Shown here in pieces: positions 24,725-37,672 of a stretch of DNA of 64,000 nt (position 1 is its first letter; the number at the start of each line of letters is the position of its first letter). Source of the DNA: Callorhinchus milii (taxonomy: Eukaryota); NCBI RefSeq assembly GCF_018977255.1, contig NW_024704742.1:33234001-33298000 (forward strand), read 5' to 3'. The notes beneath the pieces were generated by a model that ran no database searches, was not told where the DNA came from, and saw only the letters and a program-made list of their open reading frames with translations. The position numbers and the translations under genes were made by a program.

Positions 24725-27447
24725 CTTCATTTTTAATAAAAACATTTAAACAAAAAAATGGGATTCAAAAAACAGAGATTGGAAAATGTAATCAGGGATG
24801 ACACAATACAGAGTCTTTAGCTGAAATGGTGGGTCAAAAATAAAACATGGATTTGGATGGTAGGTCGGGTCCACATGGTCTGAGGATGGATACAATTGCA
24901 AAGCGAAGCCAACTCATAAACAGGAAAAGAAACAGGCAGGAAATAACTTGCTTTATTTTCACCAGAACACATCCACACCACGGACAACACCAAAGCAATA
25001 AACAAACCGAATTAACCAGGACACCAACAGATCAATAAACAGAAATAAATAAGAGCAGTGGGTTTACACAGAGATAGGCATCTCAAGATTGTTCAGATGT
25101 AACAGATTCATGTCTAAAGAAAAAGATCAGAAACGACTGAAAGCTGATATCCTCTTAAAGAAAGCCAGTACTAGCAAACTGTCAGAACAACATTTGTAGC
25201 TCTCTTTATTTCTATAGAATTGTAAGTAAAAGCTTATATTATTTTTAGGAGCTGGAGCTAAGAAAACCCTACAATGACATGTCGTATTATCTGAACCAGC
25301 TGCAAACCGGCATTTCAACAAGAAGAATCTCAAACCTAAATGCACAGAGTAAAGAAAAAGCTATTTAAGGAAAGTAAGATTCTTTCCTTGGAACATCCTA
25401 GTTGTTCTGACAACTAAAAAAGCTAACATTATTGCAAATAAATTAATCAAAATGGATCAACGAAAAAAGATCTACAGAGAAGAGTTCAAAATGTAACCAA
25501 TAAGTGAATTCAGAGGAAAATAATGCGGTGGATATAGCAAAACCAAAAATTTTTGCAACACTCACACAAACACACATAACACTTAAGCAAAGTTATTTCC
25601 ATGCAAAACTAAAGTGTTGGCAGCACTGGACATGCAGCCTGATGTAAACGCTGGAGAATAGACACTTAACATTGTGTGGCGTTGCAATGAAGTACAGTGG
25701 TTAGTTTGACACAGGACATTTAAAAGTGAATTCACAGCATTCAATAAAATTGTATTCCTATCAGAATTTGAAAGAACACTTTAAAAATAAAACAGACTTT
25801 GTTATTGAAATAAATAAAACCTGAAAATCTGAAGGACTGATGACTTTAAAGGGATCTGTGGGTATTTTTTTTGTGAAGTAAGTTGTGATTATAAACAACT
25901 ATCATTTTTATGAAAAGTTGATGAACTTTATCCAAAATGAAATTAGCTATCTGGTATCAAAATCCTTGACTACTTTTTAATTCTATTAATATTGTTGTTA
26001 TTAGATAATATATTGCGAAACATTGCTAAATGTACATTTCCCTAAAATAACTAGCTTTATACATCTATATGCCAATTTTGAGTAGACATATAAAAGGAAC
26101 TTAAAACAAATTATGTGTGAAAAATGTGACTTTTGAAAGCTTTTATTTTATATCCAGAGTATCAATGCAGTTTAGGGCAAGCAAGACATTCCTCGTGATA
26201 ATACTCAGTATATGAGGATCATATAGAGAATAGCAGAGTAATACTAATCTTAAAAATGATTGGCCACTGATTGAATCCTGTGTTAATTTTACAATAAACA
26301 TTATTTTGAATATTCTCCATATCAGGATCTTCACAAAAATACCTGGATGAGAAAATCCAATTTTATTGAAATAATTTGCTGCAAATCCAATCTACTGACT
26401 CTGTTATTGACTTCTCTGCAAATTCATTACATCCTTACATATTGACATCATGTCAACAGAATTATTTTGCTTGCAAACTACAGCTGATGATAGGGTCTTT
26501 AACAGACTCAAGGTGCATTCAGTGGCTAGACAAGCGATTATCAATACTAATGATAATATGAACACTAATTGAGTTTCAGGAATATTAATAGGTTAATTAT
26601 CTGAAAGGACAAAACTGAGCTGGTCGCTAAAGACTGTAAAATAATTCTCATAATTCTTACATTTGGTGCAACACCATCCATGGTGGGTGGGCTTCATTAG
26701 ATTTACAGTGCAGTGACTGTGTCATTTGTGGATGAAATCAGACTAGTCATTGATAAATTCTGAAACAGAAACTACCACAGCTAATGAACTGTTTTCAATC
26801 AAAATAGAGGTAATGTGTTCTGTTAAAACTCCCAATGCTTTGGTAGGATCAACTGTACTTCTTAAATAGTATTCACATCTGAACACTTTTTGGACTGTTT
26901 TATAGATATATAGAAATGCCTAAATAATGGGATATTCCACCAAATGCTCCTGTCCTATTATCATTTGACTTTTACAATTATGCGCAAATGTGCGTTAGTG
27001 TTTTTAAATGTAAAAGAGACCAAACTGTACTTCACCACAGCAGTTGCCATTGTGACGATTAAACATTCATTTGAACAAAATGGAGGTAAATGTCAAGTGA
27101 GACATGGGAGCAGCCATGTCTCCTACTCATCAAAGAGCAAAAAAGTTAACAAGACAAACATGAAGAACTGAAAGGATTTCATAATGAGTGCAACAGGCAC
27201 AGCAGGACTATAAGGGATGTCAAAGGAAAATGAATACTTAGATGATATAATTTAATTCAGTATTAATGTTCTATATAAATACTGTACCGAACTATTATGT
27301 GGTTATAGATTTAACAGTTGTTAATTTGAATTACTGTTACTTCTAAAAGCATTAGTAACAAATTGTTAAATTGTTTTAAAACTTTCACACTCTTATGCTG
27401 ATCTCCATTAGTAGTTTTTTTAATATAAGGATAGAAAAGGTTCTTAC

Positions 27448-27469
27448 ATTTTTCTTGCATTCCGGTCGT
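27448..27469 (-). CDS. ANK2: ANK2 22-nt microexon (TTGMQEK)
   Basis: ttgtttcacag|ACGACCGGAATGCAAGAAAAAT|gtaaga; supplies the phase 0 to 1 shift needed before the giant exon; positional equivalent of mammalian IDMTSEK. Confidence 0.85.
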
Positions 27470-27544
27470 CTGTGAAACAACAGATGCAAAATTAGTGTGG
27501 AAAACATTACATCATTTTGAGCTGGTTAAAATATTTCTAAAACA

Positions 27545-27765
27545 GAAGTCGCTGGGAACACTCAGCAGGTCAGGCAGCATTTATGGAGAAAGGAAAGTGA
27601 GTCAACGTTTCGGGTCCACGACCCTTCAGTTCTGATGAAGGGTCGGGGACTCGAAACGTTGACTCACTTTCCTTTCTCCATAGATGCTGCCTGACCTGCT
27701 GAGTGTTCCCAACGCCTTGTGTTTTTGTTTTCAGATTTCCAGCATCTGCAGTATTTTGCATTCTG
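27545..27765 (+). mobile_element. Palindromic non-autonomous element (Penelope-like terminal structure) with a hammerhead core
   Basis: Inverted repeat of about 79 bp (27550-27628 versus 27636-27714) plus a 3' extension; CTGATGA...GAAAC core at 27632-27657. Confidence 0.65.
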
Positions 27766-28107
27766 TTTTTAAAAAAACATTTCTAAACTTGGGTCCTATG
27801 GTTGGGGCCAACAATGGTGCGAAGTGAGTATATGCTCCTATCCACTCTCCCCTTGCCACTGAGGTCCTAATCTCAGTGAGTTTGTTATGCCTGGAAAATT
27901 CTTAACATATCTTAATTTGGAGGCAGGCTTTCCACTGAAGGTATTCCAAAATTCGGCACCATTCGTACCTCAAATGATTCCAGGAGGGTGAAATAATTGG
28001 ATAGTCATTCCTGAATCTCTTAGCCCGCTCAAGCTACTTTCCTTGGCAGAGTCCCACCTGCTTGTCCTCCCAGCCTCTCAGTGATGATGAACACAGGCTT
28101 CAGTCAA

Positions 28108-28265
28108 CAATAGTAATAATCCTTGCAATTGATGTAGCGCCTTAATACATCTTCAAGATGTCTCAAAGCGCTTCACAGAATATACTGTGACGTCAATCGA
28201 CTGTATGTTTTGTGGGTGAAACGTGGCAGCCAATTGCGCACAACAGTGTCCCACAAACAGTCGTG
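28108..28265 (-). mobile_element. SINE 3' module
   Basis: Reverse complement of the shared SINE 3' module. Confidence 0.75.
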
Positions 28266-29589
28266 GATTAAGTTGCAGATTTCCTGGATGGATGTTTAGT
28301 TGAATGACTTCACTGCCACAGTCAGTTGTTGGGGACAGCAACCATGTACACATTCAAAAATATACTGGACACATGGATAAGAGAGAATAAAGTTGAGCAA
28401 TATGGGGAAAATGCTGGGTTATGACACTAGGGATAGGATCTAGGATGGGCACTTGGGTGTAGTATGAACACCAGCTGGACGGGATGGGACAAATGATCTG
28501 TTTCTGAACAGTACCACAGTCAGCACAGCAATTCAGTGAATGCTTCACAAATACTGGCTTATAGTGAAAGAAGTTTAGTTCTTTCAATTTCACTCTGGCA
28601 GTCAGTGATATTTATGTCAAGTTATAATTCATGCCATTTAACCTTACCGCCTTTTTTAGATCAATGTCATAATTATCATCATTCACAATAATACCACCCG
28701 TCTGTCGTATTTATTAAAATCTATTATTATTATTACTAAAATCTGACGTCAACAGTAGGAAACCCACACACATATTCACTGAATGAAAAGAGATGTAGGA
28801 GCAGTAATGCAAAATTAGTAAAGAGCTTATATTTCTTAAGTACCTTATCATACTGCAATATCACAAAATCTTAACAGTAGTTATAGTAAATGTTTAGGAA
28901 TGAGCAAAATGGAAGAGCTAATACAAGACTGTGCGGTGTTGGTTTTATGTGATTACTGTGATCAATTGAGGACATGCTGCCTTGTGTGGACCCCTAGCCT
29001 GGCATCATTGCGGCATATCTACACTACACCAACTCTGTGAAATGGATCTTTGCATGCAGGTTTTGCAAACAGATGATTAAAGGGCTCAGGCAGGTGAAAA
29101 AATCCTCGGGAAACTCTTAACAAAAGTACTTAGCTGCAATAGTACCAGTGGCAGTATAGTGGTTCCTTTAAAACCAAATTTTTGCCACAATTTGTGAAAT
29201 TCTTGTTTACTACCACATACAGCACAACCTCACAACTATAAACCCATGGGGAAAACAAGAACATCACTTATCTCATTGAGGTTGGAGCTCCTAATTTAAT
29301 TCTAATGAAAATTCAGCTGGAACCAAGAAAATGAATGGAACCCTTGCAGGAATAGGGTCACTTGTTACCATACGTCACCAGAATTGTTAATTAGTCACTA
29401 CACTTGCTTTTGTGAATAGTTTTGCCCCATTTCAACATGATAGAAGGCTATAAAACCAAGCTTTTCCTTTCTTCTTTCTTTTACAAAGTCTGATTTGAAT
29501 AGTCCTCAACATCACTTTCATGCTTTGGAAATTCTGGGCCTGAGTTAGTAATGATGTAAGCAGAATTGGGTTATGAGTGCTAAAATTAC

Positions 29590-29622
29590 CTCTTCCTCTT
29601 GCTCCTGATCTGATTCTGACTC
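29590..29622 (-). CDS. ANK2: ANK2 33-nt exon (ESESDQEQEEE)
   Basis: aaag|GAG...GAG|gtaatt; peptide matches ANK2. Confidence 0.9.
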
Positions 29623-30204
29623 CTTTTCCATCCAAAGGTGGTTACAGGAAAAAAAACAAGAGCGGGCAGAGGGTGGATTAGTAAGAAAAAAGATAAACAC
29701 CTAGATAAAAGAGCATCAAAACAACACACACACTAACATTACAACTTGCTCAGCAAAAAAGTTCTGCTATAAAACATGGGTTTTAGTACAAAGCCTCAAC
29801 AGAATGAAATGAGTTTGATATATAGGGCTAGTGCTTTTTAATCAATCCGCAGTGTAAAGCAACTTGCTTCTGCTTTAATGGGCTGATTAGTAAAAGCATG
29901 GATTGTTCTGCTTGCTGGAGGAGAAAAACAGAAACGATCTGATTCTCTTCAGAAATTGGATGAAGCTGAAAAAAAAATTCAGGTATCAAGTGATAAATAA
30001 TGGATTAACTCTAGTAATCTGCAGATCTGAACGGTTTCACATCCACAAATAACTACTGTTAAATTAAATTTTATGAATGTCCCACAACTGTTTTCATTTT
30101 CTTTGCTTTTGTTAGTGCTTTTCTTTGCTTTAAGTGTTCTGGATCAATTCAAAGTCTCTACTTGTATCCTGTAGTAATTCCTACAGAAAAGAGTTAAACA
30201 TATA

Positions 30205-30565
30205 AATAATGTAAATGATCCTTATATTTTATATAGCCCTTAATCGCGTCATTGAAACGTCTCAATGCGCTTCACAGGATTTTTACTGTAAAGTGTAATG
30301 ACTGTGTATTTGTAGGTGAACGCAACAGCCAATTTGCACACAGAAATGTCCCTCATCAAGCCAAGAGAGTGAGGGCAGAAAGGCTGGAAGGCCCAACAGC
30401 CAATGCTTTGGGGGATAGAGCGGGGGATGTTAAGCAGGTGAGTGCCTGCAGAGCGGCAGGAGCAGGCAGGATGGTAGGGTTTTAGAAGGTCACAGAGGTA
30501 GGGTAGGGCAAGACCGTGGAGGGATTTAATAGTGAGAATGAGGATCTTGAACTCGATCCTTTGGG
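30205..30565 (-). mobile_element. SINE 3' module (about 30205-30350) abutting an L2 fragment (about 30355-30565)
   Basis: Similar to the other SINE copies; gaggatcttgaactcgatcc matches the L2 RIEFKIL segment. Confidence 0.6.
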
Positions 30566-30775
30566 GAGATCACACAAACATTAGGCATTTTGTAGCATGG
30601 CAAGCTGGCTAGTCAGCATCAAAAGGGCACAGTGAACTTCTGGTCAGTTCAGGTCCATATTAGACACATGCTGTAAGTGTGCAGCTCGGATTTAATTGAC
30701 AATAATGAGAACCTGGAGTTCTATACAGTGATGATCCACAAACAAGATGTAGAGTAAAATAGCATTTTGTTTTAC

Positions 30776-30898
30776 CTTGGTGTAAGAGGGAAGTGTGATA
30801 TTTAGGTTGCAGATAGCATGGTGTGCAAGGCCTCTTGTGGACTTTGGCTCTCTTATGAAGGATAGGCGCCCACAAGGTTCCTGAGTGGTATCTCGTAT
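30776..30898 (-). CDS. ANK2: ANK2 exon, UPA domain ([41 protein letters not shown])
   Basis: aatag|ATA...AAG|gtaaaa; 123 nt, phase 0-0. Confidence 0.95.
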
Positions 30899-31923
30899 CT
30901 ATTATGATAAAGAATTTGGGTTGTCAGATGGAACGGCAGTTAAACAAGCACTGTTTCCATAACAATATAATAATTATAACCATGCGGTATTGATCCAGCC
31001 ACCTAGGATCACCTTACCTGTTAAATCACTGTCTCAAAGGGTTGAGGGCACATCTGCATTTCCAAGCCTCATTGTTCAGATAGGCAGGTTGGTCAACTAC
31101 CAACAATATCTAAGTCTACTGAGGATCTGTTAGCTTTGTCTGTAGTGTCTCTTGGAGTGATTTTAGCCATTAAGACTCTACGAATGTTGATCATTTTATT
31201 AATGCTGAAAGAGTGAAGTGCTGAGTGCACCCATCTTCCTCCAACAAAGAAGTGTTGCCACTTTCATGAAAATAGTGTCCATTTAAAATAATGACATATC
31301 CAACATTGCCTCAAAACATCCAGCTTGTGCTCTCCACAATCCAACAGAAGCTGACCTCATTAAGCTTTCCTTTTTGTAACAGAGGGAGATCAGTAATCCT
31401 CCCTGACCCCATAAATATGTCTCCACTGGCACCCTGCAATATAGTCTTTGATACAAAAAGCTCCTGTAAAAATAACCCTGAGATATCACTAATAGGAGAT
31501 GTCTGGAGATTGTCTCTTTGCCTGCAGCAGGATTACAGACAGACACCTTAAAATCTTACATCAAAAGGTATCTAACCCCATTCAAACTGTCTCAATACCA
31601 GCCTGCCCTAACTGGAGAACTCAAGACAGAATTGTGGCCAAACTGGCAGATGGTTACACATTCTGGTAATGTCCTCGACTCCAGCCTTTGGAAAAGGAAT
31701 CCATTTGAATTCTCAACAGCCTAGACCTGACAACCACAATTTGTATAAGAACTACACACAATCTTTCATACAACTAAGCCCAAGTGCCATGTATGTAGTA
31801 TACCACATTTTAGTTTACTGACTTAGAAAAATAAAGGGTTAATGTGATCAATGAGCTTCAGGTCTCAATATTTATATATCTGTATTTATACAGCAAGTGC
31901 ATTACATCGTTAAGTTATTTTAC

Positions 31924-32049
31924 CTTGACAAACAATGCAAGTCGGTTTTCTTTGAAAGCGTAGAAGCTGAAGAGATGGTGCTGGCCGCTCTTCGTGAGAG
32001 GTACAAGGTTACCAAAGCAGTCAGCGTAAATAGGCTTGCCTTCCAAAAC
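31924..32049 (-). CDS. ANK2: ANK2 exon, UPA domain ([42 protein letters not shown])
   Basis: aacag|GTT...AAG|gtaaaa; 126 nt, phase 0-0. Confidence 0.95.
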
Positions 32050-33714
32050 CTGTTCAGTCATAAACAATTCATGATGGAAAACAGTACTTTTGATTTATCA
32101 TTTTCCTGTTCCCTGTTGGATTTATTACTGTGCTAGAGCCACCGCAGAAATTCATAAAGCTGTACATGACACCATTGTAAAAGAAAGTCATGCGATCAAG
32201 TACAATAGTATCTTAATATGAAACATTGCAGTGAATCTCCTCCCAATTTTCCCTCACATTACAATTTATCCCCAAATTAATCCATTTACTGAAATCACAT
32301 TGAAGGGTATTCTGTCTTCGTAGCTATGACTCTTTTCTGATATTTGAACATTAATTTTCACATTATCACATTACACCACCAAAGTTGATAAATTTACCAG
32401 TGAGATGAGAATATGTCTTTGAAAGGCTACGCTGACTTAAGGACACAGTCCAAAACAATTCTGTTCAGCATTTTGCCATCATGTTTAGTGAGCCACTAAA
32501 GTGATTTTCCATTTTCAAGTAATGCTGTATAGAATTGTTCCCCTGATTTGTTTCTTTCAGTGCAAGGATACTGAGATACTGGGAACCCTATATCCGTTAA
32601 AATAAACATTCCATATTCACAGGAGAGTTATTTAAATCACAGAATATTAAACGTTCCTTCAAGCTTTCAGAAATTAGCTGCTGCCATTAAATTACCTGTT
32701 GCAAATGTTTGATTAAGTTCAACTTTATTAAATTCAGAAATAATAACTCTTGTACCTGGACTGAAATACTAATTTGCATTTTAAAACATTTGAGTTCAGT
32801 GTTACAGGTCCAGCTTTACAATTGCATATTTTAAAATATTCCTTTTCTTTTGTGGGGTTAAGATCAAAGTGGTTAACTGGAAAAGAAGGACTAAAGCAGG
32901 CCTTCTTAATACACTGCTTCAGCACTTATACTCACTTAAACTGCTCCATCTCTTCCAACAGCAGAGAGGATCAGACCAGAAGACCTGATTTATATCTACC
33001 TATTTCCACTTGTTCCTGCTGTGGGGCTGAGCACAGCAGAGAGCAGCGAACCCTCTTTAATAACATAACAAATGGTCCACTAAATCGGTTGAGAAACACA
33101 TTTTTGAGCAGGGGCCGAATCGATTTGCATTACACTGATGGTCTCAGCAGCTGGACTTCAGAGTAAATGACTGCACGTTAAACACAGATTATACTGTGAT
33201 CTTTGGTGTTAATTTGGCACAATTTTTGCAGCAAATCATTATGAAAAGCACAGTACAGGTTTGCTATTAAGGACTCCATAGGATTTTTATCCTCAGCCAA
33301 TTTTTCTTTTCTATTTTCTTTTCTCCTCTTCTCCTGAAGGCATCTGCCTTCTTTTCCTTCTATTGCCGTACAGTTCCCCTGGAACTTGCTGTCTTCTGAT
33401 GACTAATATTCATAGCTTTGACAGTAAGTGTCAGCAAACTATTTGACCACAATGGACATCATAGCCAATTCTGTCCACGCAAGAAAACTTTGCAGTGGGT
33501 GTCTCTCTTTAGCAATTGGGAGGGTAACTGTGACTATTTTTCTCCTCCATAACTCATGGAGCCTTAAGTCAATTGTAGTACCTCATCTGCTGTCCCACCT
33601 GAGATCAGTTTACTCAGTACTGACAATTGCTCACTGGTCCGTGTCTTTATGCAGTCGGCCATCAGTGCCCAAGGACATCATATCGCCAAACCTGTTGAAT
33701 ATTCCTTCCATTAC

Positions 33715-33943
33715 CTCAACATCTCTGCTTCTCGCAACTTCTGTGAAGTTTTCCTGTTGTTCCAGTGTTTTGTCCACTTTGTCATCTGTCATACAGAAGC
33801 ACCTCAAACGGGCCTCAATGGGATCCAGTGATTTAGCAAACACCACAAATTTGGCCATGTACGGTACACAGATAATCTCTCTGTACACTTGTGTGGCAAA
33901 GTTAACAGATTCCTGGATCTGCCGACAGTCTATGAGCCAGAAT
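33715..33943 (-). CDS. ANK2: ANK2 exon, UPA domain ([12 protein letters not shown]...ARSRDVE)
   Basis: tttccag|A...GAG|gtaatg; 229 nt, phase 2 to 0. Confidence 0.96.
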
Positions 33944-34734
33944 CTGGAAAAAAAACAGGGTTCATTTTCTGAGCTGTGTACATCTCAATTTTAATGCTCT
34001 AAATTATTTGTTAATGCATCAGATTGAACGAGTGATACTACAGCATCTGATTTTTCTTATTGGCCACTTTGATGAGAGAGTCAAGTCTTTAAAGGGACAT
34101 TTGTCCTCTGGAATAGAACCTTATTCTTAATGCTTGGTTTGCGAAAGTGCAATTCTGTGATCATGAGACTGCAACCAGAACACTGAAGTGAAAATTGGGC
34201 TAAACAATGTGATAATTTGTGATGTGATAACTATTTTACAGTTGTTCTGTAAAGCACTTTGGAACATTATCCTGATGTGAAAGGCGCTATTCCATATGCA
34301 AGGATTGTTATAATGACAATACACAAAGTGTGATCACACTTGTCTTGAACTATCAATATGATTAGGAATGAACACCCTGCAACCATACAAATCCTCTGCC
34401 TTTTGAAAGGAACACAGCGTAGCCAAATCAGATTTGGCTGATATTCCATACAGCGGGAATGAAAGTGGTGGCAGCAAAGATGGTCACCAGTGATAATTAT
34501 CACATCACACCCCACCATATTTTTCACTCCAATCCCAAAGGATTTATCTGGAGGATTGTTGGCCAGGATACTAGAAGATATGGATACTCTTATCATCTGA
34601 ATAGGCAGATGGGATCTTGGTTTAACATCTCATCTGAAGGACATGTGCAAGTTGCGTGCTCATGCTAACTTGTTAACAATTAAAACTTGTCAACAATTGT
34701 AAGCTTGAATGAATTTCTGCTTGAAAATCCTTAC

Positions 34735-34831
34735 CTGGCTGATACATTTGTTGTGAAAGAAACACATTCATTAACAAATGATAAAGGAGTAGTTCCTGTT
34801 ATATCTTCCCATTGGGCTGGAGTTGTTCCAC
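34735..34831 (-). CDS. ANK2: ANK2 exon, ZU5-B ([33 protein letters not shown])
   Basis: ttccag|GT...AG|gtaagg; 97 nt, phase 1 to 2; translated by hand. Confidence 0.95.
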
Positions 34832-36093
34832 CTGGAAAGAAAAGCAAATCCTGAAATCACGAGATTAATATTACCAATACAACAGCAACTTGTATTTATA
34901 TAGTACAGTTCACAGAGAGTAACACATTGGAGCACTTTAAAGCCTCTGAGATTCGCTCTCAATGTGAAAGGCGCTGCATAAATGTAAAATGTATTGTATC
35001 CAACTGGGCTTAAAAAACAGCATGGCAGAACTCTCCAATTAATTCATTACATTTCTTAACTTAAGTTTTTTGGGGATGTTCCCCTGGTGTGAAAGGTATC
35101 ATATAAATATAAATTTGTACTGTGCATTTTATTGTGGTTTTCATTGCTGGTTCTTACAAAAATCATGGTTGTGGTCTCTTATTGTCAATTTGAGTGAGTT
35201 GTAGTTTCCTCCCCTGGAAATTAGCAGCTTGATTTCCCCAGAGTCCAGGCTTTTATTAACCAGGCTTATCCATTCTGGTTATCATTTAATTTACGAGCAA
35301 TCCTTTTAATTTCTATAAATCTATTTACTCTTACCATCCATTAGGAATAATAAGGGTTTCCCATGTTACTCTTTAATTAGTATGGATGCTGGACTTGTAA
35401 TTGAAGATAACTCACACAGTGTGAGTATATTCCCCTTGATTACTGTCTTCATCAGTGGCAACTGCTTGACAGCATCATTTCAGTCATAAGAGACTTGCTT
35501 CATGATGGTGACCAAGATGGACAAATAACAGATTCAGATTCCTCAACTCGACACTAATGCCTACTTGTAACTCATGTTGATTGCACATCTAGCAGTGAAT
35601 TACTGTAGCTTTGACAGAGATTTATCATTAAATATGCAAATATAAATGAGGTCTCGGGCAGTGTGAATTGTGCTGGAGATTGTTCTCTATCAAAGCCCTT
35701 GGACCATGCATTACACAACCTGGGGACTTTGAACAAAGTTAATTTTACTATTCTAAAGAGGCAAATGTATGACCAACTCTTAGTAATGTTAAAAAAAAAG
35801 ACAATTTGGGGATCGCCTTTTTTCTTTGCAATCTGATTAAAAATAATGTATAAACAAGCAATATAAATCCAGACTCCTGTTCAACACCGCTGTGATGCTG
35901 GGCACAGCACAAAAGAGTAATACATGAGGTTTCTCTTCTTAATTTCCTCAGACTGTGGTTCCCATTTGTAAACAAAATGTAGGACCTGTGCTTATCGGAG
36001 TGTACCCTTAACTATGAATGCCTGAATTTTTCTTCAAGACCACAATCTTGGTGTGTATCTCTGCCATTTAAAACCAAGTGTCAAATATCTTAC

Positions 36094-36298
36094 CTGTTAT
36101 ACTGCAAAGTAACCTGAGAGTTGGAGTATCTCCGCCATAACCATTCATCAGTCCATCGGGAGAGGATTTCGGAATAGGAATCGTCATAGTAATAGGTTTA
36201 TGGAACTTCCTCCTTCTGGGCTCCAAGGTGACAATTGGGCTGAAGGTTGCCTTGTTGCCCAGAATCTTCTTGACTAGTTCAATATGCATAGGCTGGGC
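36094..36298 (-). CDS. ANK2: ANK2 exon, ZU5-B ([37 protein letters not shown]...LLCSIT)
   Basis: tcaag|GCC...G|gtaaga; 205 nt, phase 0 to 1. Confidence 0.96.
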
Positions 36299-36472
36299 CT
36301 TGATATTGAAAACACAGCAGTAATTAATACTCTTATTCAATAGTGTCTGCAAAATACACTACATTATTAATATTCCCTGTTCACATTGATGAATTATACA
36401 TCAAACTGAATGTGTGTTTAATAACTTATACCAAACCTTATACATTTTTAAACTTTGAGAAGCCGTGCTTAC

Positions 36473-36684
36473 CTGAAGTCCAACTCTAATCCTCTTGGTT
36501 AAGGCTCCTTCAGGGAACACTGCCTGGACCTGTGGTACCACAGTACTGCTCAGTATACCTCCTTCAGGTCCAATCAGGTTGCTGTCCTGTCTGATCCTGG
36601 ACACCACTGCAAAGTACTGTGGAAAGTCTCTGGTGATGATGCGACAAATACGCTTTCTGTCAAGTTCTTCTGGACTGTCGAGCA
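36473..36684 (-). CDS. ANK2: ANK2 exon, ZU5-A/ZU5-B (VLDSPEEL...RIRVGLQ)
   Basis: ctatag|TG...CAG|gtaagc; 212 nt, phase 1 to 0. Confidence 0.96.
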
Positions 36685-36759
36685 CTATAGCAAGAACAAA
36701 ACAAGGCAATTCAAGTGCTATTTCTTTTAAGGTGCAAGGTCTGGACTCAATTTTGCTAC

Positions 36760-37140
36760 TTATCGGCCACCGATGGTAGGGCGGTTGGGGCGGGGGATGT
36801 GGAGCAGACCGGAGCCAGAGGAACGGAGGTTATGGGCAGGTAGGTAGGGGGATAGTAGGTCGGAGAGGTAGGAGGGAGCAAGGCCGTGAATAGCCTTGTA
36901 GGTGAGGATGAGAGACAGAGCCTAATAATAATCCCTCCAAAAACCAAAAACAATAATAAATTGGTCATTTTCAATCTACGACTGTTTGTGGGACATTGCT
37001 GTGCGCAATTGGCTGCCGCGTTCGCCCACAAATATACAGTCAATTCACTTTACAGTGTGTTCTGTGAAGCGCTTTGGGACGTCCTCCCGACGTGAAAAGC
37101 GCTATATCAAATGCAAGGATTATTATTATTATTATTATTA
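36760..37140. mobile_element. L2 fragment (minus, about 36760-36915) joined to a SINE 3' module (plus, about 36920-37140)
   Basis: Matches the local L2 and SINE copies; ends in (ATT)n. Confidence 0.7.
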
Positions 37141-37517
37141 GGCTTCTAATTCTAAAGCATAAATCTGTATTAATCATGGATACGGGAATTTAGACTTGAC
37201 ACACAATATTTAATATTATTAGAAGACGTTCTCCTTGCAGCTCTGATGCAAGTTGTCAACCCAGAAATCAGTGAACGGAGCAAAACAGGAGTGACACAGG
37301 AAAGCTTTGCTCTCGAGAAAACACTTGCTTTAAAATCCAAGTCCGTCGTACAGAGTATTGTGCGCCAGGCAGCAGAATAGTCACATCATTTTTCAAAATA
37401 CAAAATGGACCAAGTATGCTGGACCCATAACTGAGCAGCTTTGATTCAAGATCATTAGATGTATCCTTTGTTGATTCATAACCTTGTTATTTGTGCCCAT
37501 CCCCAAGCAACAGTTAC

Positions 37518-37672
37518 CTTCGTCCATTCCATTCAATATTTCATTCAGCTCTTCCTCGGTGTATTCACACTGGTGCTCTTTCCAGATCTCCCCGGTCTCG
37601 CTGCGTAACACCACCAGCTCTCGTTCCTTCCCACGCACCGCAGCAAAATGTGGGATCTCCACAATCACTGGC
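37518..37672 (-). CDS. ANK2: ANK2 exon, ZU5-A ([25 protein letters not shown]...NGMDE)
   Basis: gacag|G...G|gtaact; 155 nt, phase 2 to 1. Confidence 0.96.

Noticed and set aside
33428..33994. 188-aa plus-strand ORF and the other plus-strand ORFs overlapping exons
   Set aside because: They are antisense shadows of ANK2 coding exons with no recognisable protein features.
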